Source: the human T2T-CHM13v2.0 reference genome, Homo sapiens
Assembly: GCF_009914755.1 (NCBI RefSeq)
Contig: NC_060931.1
Strand: one strand, 5' to 3'
Length of the DNA stretch: 64,000 bases
The position numbers were made by a program, and so were the translations under genes. The notes beneath the pieces were generated by a model, which saw nothing but the letters and a program-made list of their open reading frames with translations, was not told the origin of the DNA and searched no databases. Positions 55,481 to 64,000 of this stretch are shown piece after piece. Every line of letters begins with the position of its first letter. The stretch's first letter is position 1.

Positions 55481-56697
55481 GTCTTGTCAAACTTTCTGTA
55501 ATTTTCAACACATGAATAAAATGTGGTAATACTCACTCTTACTTTTGGCCATAGCTACTGAAACCGAAGGCTACTTCCAAATATCTTTAAAGACTAATTA
55601 CAACAACACAAATTACCACAGGAGATTCAAAGTTTTTTGTTTATTTGTTTTTCAGTGGTAAAAATGACTTGCAAGAAAGAGCTAGAATTTAAACACAATT
55701 CAATAATTGGAGATAATTGCACAACAGTAATTTGTTTTAATGTATTAAAAGCTTAGAGAAATATCACCCATTAGACAACCATTTTCCTGATTCTAAATAA
55801 CTTTTCATCTAGTAAATTAGTCTCATTTTCTCCTTATCTATGTTTTTATACTTTAAATTAATACTATCAGAATATGCTACCCTATACTTCTAAAATACTT
55901 GTTTAAATATTCTAGCTCCTCACTAGCAGAATCCAATAAAATTGAGAATTTGCAAAGGTCCAAAATGTTGGGCTAAATTTTGGCCTATGTCTACACATAA
56001 AATTTTCATAGCGAATTAAAAGTGAAAATTAAATTGATATAGAATCGTTCTTTAAGAAAATAACCATGTATGAGACTATGTAAAGACTTCTAACATGATG
56101 TAAATATTTCTCTTTATGCTTCTGGTTACATAAAGAGCATGAGTTGGTTTATAAACTTGATTTGTAAGCCAGGAAGAATAAACTTTATATTTTAAACATA
56201 AACCTTAAACAGTATTCAATCCAAGAAAAGGCCAGCTCAGCTGTTCAGAGTCTTCTGGAATATTAAGCAAATAGCTTGATATCCTAGATGTCTCAGGCAT
56301 TTTCATAACAATATGCTGTTACTTTGAAGACTAGACATTATTCCTGGATCTCTGAGGTCAACCAAGGTCTTAGTTGACATATTTTTAAAATAATCAGGGC
56401 ATCCAAGAAAGTCCATGTTGTAAGAGCAACTGGAACTGTATCTACTGTATAATAGCTGAATTTTTACTATTTCTGTTATTCTTTTTTCTCTTTACCTCTC
56501 TGTCTTCAGAATTTACTACTGAGTAATTTGTTCTTTTGTTGAGATAGAGATCCTTTATGTACTTTTTATTTGAACTATTTCAAGCACACAATTATGTTGA
56601 CAGTAATATAGAGTACTAAAATTGTAATCTAGCACTCAACTTTTTAAAATTCAACATTTTACTATATTGGGTTTAGATTTAAAAAAAAAAAATTTTA

Positions 56698-56986
56698 GGT
56701 CAGGTGCAGTGGCTCACAACTGTAATCCCAGCACTTTGGGAGGCCGAGGCGGGCGGACCACAAAGTCAAGAGAGGGAGACCATCCTGGCTAACACGGGGA
56801 AACCCCGTCTCTACTAAAAATACAAAAAAATTAGCTGGGCATGGTGGCGGGTGCCTGTAGTCCCAACTACTCGGGAGGCTGAGGCAGGAGAATGGTGTTA
56901 GCCCAAATCGTGCCACTGCACTCCACCCTGGGTGACAGAGCAAAACTCTATCTCAAAAAAAAAAAAAAAAAAAAAGAAAAAAAAGA
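56698..56986 (+). mobile_element. AluY-like SINE with ~25-bp right-arm deletion
   Basis: accatcctggctaacacg diagnostic; aatggtgtt joined directly to agcccaaatcgtgccactgc; long poly-A. Confidence 0.92.
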
Positions 56987-57485
56987 GGAATTTTAAAAGC
57001 TATTGAAACAATTGTAGCTCCCTATGTCCTCATCTTTTCCTTAGATACTTAGAGGAAAATTTATTTCCAATTTAGTACTTAACTTTTCCAGAAATTGTTT
57101 TTATATGTTTACTACTTACATATGAGCATATGTACCATAAGCAGTATCATTTGCTTCTTTAAACTTGATATACCCAGGACAATTTTTTTTTGTATCCCTA
57201 GACTCCTTGATTTTATTTGTTTAACATTATGTTTTTGAGATTTTTCTATGATAATACATACAACTTTTTTCTTTTATTATTATTATTATACAAGTTTTAG
57301 GGTACATGTACACAACATGCAGGTTTGTTACATATGTATACATGTGCCATGTTGGTGTGCTGCACCCATTAACTCGTCATTTAGCATTAGGTATATCTCC
57401 TAATGCTATCCCTCCCCACTCCCCCACCCCACAACAGTCCCCGGTGTGTGATGTTCCCCGTCCTGTGTCCATGTGTTCTCATTGT

Positions 57486-61315
<3,830 letters not shown>

Positions 61316-61378
61316 TATGATGTTAGCTGGTTATTTTGCTCATTAGTTGATGCAGTTTCTTCCTAGCCTTGATGGTCT

Positions 61379-62395
61379 TTACAATTTGGCATGTTTTTGC
61401 AGCGGCTGGTACCGGTTGTTCCTTTCCATGTTTAGTGCTTCCTTCAGGAGCTCTTTTAGGGAAGGCCTGGTGGTGACAAAATCTCTCAGCATTTGCTTGT
61501 CTGTAAAGGATTTTATTTCTCCTTCACTTATGAAGCTTAGTTTGGCTGGATATGAAATTCTGGGTTGAAAATTCTTTTCTTTAAGAATGTTGAATATTGG
61601 CCCCCACTCTCTTCTGGCTTGTAGAGTTTCTGCCAAGAGATCAGCTGTTAGTCTGATGGGCTTCCCTTTTTGGGTAACCCGACCTTTCTCTCTGGCTGCT
61701 CTTAACATTTTTTCCTTCATTTCAACTTTGGTGAATCTGACAATTATGTGTCTTGGAGTTGCTCTTCTCGAGGAGTATCTTTGTGGCATTCTCTGTATTT
61801 CCTGAATTTGAATGTTGGCCTGCCTTGCTAGATTGGGGAAGTTCTCCTGGATAATATCCTGCAGAGTATTTTCCAACTTGGTTCCATTCTCCCCATCACA
61901 TTCAGGTACACCAATTAGACGTAGATTTGGTCTTTTTACATAGTACCATATTTCTTGGAGGCTTTGTTCATTTCTTTTTATTCTTTTTTGTCTAAACTTC
62001 TCTTCACGCTTCATTTCATTCATTTTATCTTCCATCGCTGATACCCTTTCTTCCAGTTGATCACATTGGTTACTGAGGCTTGTGCATTCGTCAGGTAGTT
62101 CTCCTGCCGTGGTTTTCAGCACCATCAGGTCCTTTAAGGACTTCTCTGCATTGGTTATTCTAGTTATCAATTCGTCTAATTTTTTTTCAAAGTTTTTAAC
62201 TTCTTTGCCATTGGTTCAAATTTCCTCCTTTAGCTCGGAGTAGTTTGATCTTCTGAAGCTTTCCTCTCTTAACTCGTCAAAGTCATTCTCCATCCAGCTT
62301 TGTTCCCTTGCTGGTGAGGAGCTGCGTTCCTTTGGAGGAGGAGAGGCGCTCTGATTTTTAGAGTTTCTGGTTTTTCTGCTCTGTTTTTTCCCCAT
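61379..62395 (-). pseudogene. L1 ORF1, full 338-codon span with one nonsense codon
   Basis: ATG at 62395 (MGKKQSRK...); TGA at codon 60 (62216-18); the downstream frame is open to ...QKHAKL. Confidence 0.92.
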
Positions 62396-63420
62396 CTTTG
62401 TGGTTTTATCTACCTTTGGTCTTTGATGATGGTGACGTACAGATGGGTTTTTGGTGTGGATATCCTTTCTGTTTGTTAGTTTTCCTTCTAACAGTCAGGA
62501 CCCTCAGCTGCAGGTCTGTTGGAGTTTACTGGAGGTCCATTCCAGACCCTGTTTGCCTGGGTATCAGCAGTGGTGGCTGCAGAACATCGGATATTGGTGA
62601 ACCACAAATGCTGCTGCCTGATCATTCCTCTGGAAGCTTTGTCTCAGAGGAGTACCCGGCTGTGTGAGGTGTCAGTCTGCCCCTACTGGGGGGTGCCTCC
62701 CAGTTAGGCTACTTCAGGGTCAGGGACCCACTTGAGGAGGCAGTCTGCCCGTTCTCAGATCTCAAGATGAGTGCTGGGAGAACCACTACTCTCTTCAAAG
62801 CTGTCAGACAGGGACATTTAAGTCTGCAGAGGTTATTGCTGTCTTTTGTTTGTCTGTGCCCTGCCCCCAGAGGTGGAGCCTACAGAGGCAGGCAGGCCTC
62901 CTTGAGCTGTGGTGGGCTCTACCAAGTTCGAGCTTCCCGGCTGCTTTGTTTACCTACTCAAGCCTGAGCAATGGTGGGCGCCCCTCCCCCAGCCTCACTG
63001 CCAACTTGCAGTTTGATCTCAGACTGCTGTGCTAGCAATGAGTGAGGCTCCATGGGCGTAGGACCCTCTGAGCCAGGTGCGGGACATAATTGGGTGTGCC
63101 GTTTGTTAAGCCCATTGGAAAAGCGCAGTATTAGGGTGGGAGTGACCCGATTTTCCAGGTGCCGTCTGTCACCCCTTTCTTTGACTAGGAAAGGGAATTG
63201 CCTGACCCCTCGTGCTTCCCGGGTTAGGCGATGCCTTGCCCTGCTTCGGCTCACGCACGGTGGGCTGCACCCACTGTCCTGCACCCACTGTCCGGCACTC
63301 CCCAGTGAGATGAACCTGGTACCTCAGTTGGAAATGCAGAATTCCACCAGTCTTCTGCGTTGCTCATGCTGGGAGCTGTAGACTGGAGCTGTTCCTATTT
63401 GGCCATCTTGGCTCCACCCC
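62396..63420 (-). promoter_or_regulatory. L1 5' UTR with internal sense promoter (YY1 site) and antisense promoter
   Basis: caagatggcc YY1 motif at 63401-63410; standard L1PA 5' UTR layout. Confidence 0.8.
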
Positions 63421-63669
63421 CAACTTTTTTTTTTTAAATTTAAACTTCTGTATCTATTTAGTAAGTATATTTCAAGTTATTTATTCTCCTTGTCTTGAAC
63501 ATATAGATTGTTTTGCTTTTCTATTATAATTATCCTGTAATAGAGTTTCAAAAATGTCTACTATTACACATGTGGAGAAGTTTCTCAAGGTTATATACTA
63601 ATTGTGAAGAGCTTGTTCTTGAGATAATTATACTCTAATACAGCTAAACATATAGATGAGTATTTTTAA

Positions 63670-63991
<322 letters not shown>

Positions 63992-64000
63992 AGAAACTTT

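Overview
Primate (human-like) genomic DNA, AT-rich and dominated by transposable elements. I can support no spliced protein-coding gene. Repeat subfamily names and parent sequences are from my recall of consensus sequences, not a database search. Main contents: (1) an old ~11-kb L1MA-type LINE (about 5.1-16.3 kb) with nested insertions of Tigger3, a MADE1 fragment split by an Alu, a CpG-rich processed retrocopy that matches the lncRNA SNHG7, and a 3'-deleted MER57 ERV (LTR, tRNA-Leu PBS, embedded tRNA-Glu-like segment); (2) a twin-primed, 5'-inverted L1PA at 24.1-27.5 kb; (3) a near-perfect hairpin inside an LTR remnant at 38.4 kb; (4) a 3'-truncated L1PB at 48.2-51.7 kb; (5) an HNRNPA1 retrocopy at 53.3-54.7 kb whose ORF stays open through two compensating frameshifts and which carries G274R in the M9 localisation signal; (6) a full-length but inactivated L1PA3/4 at 57.3-63.4 kb; plus many Alu, MIR, L2, MaLR and DNA-transposon relics. 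I found no demonstrably new biological system. The best leads are the HNRNPA1 retrocopy, the SNHG7-retrocopy/MER57-LTR pair and the hairpin.
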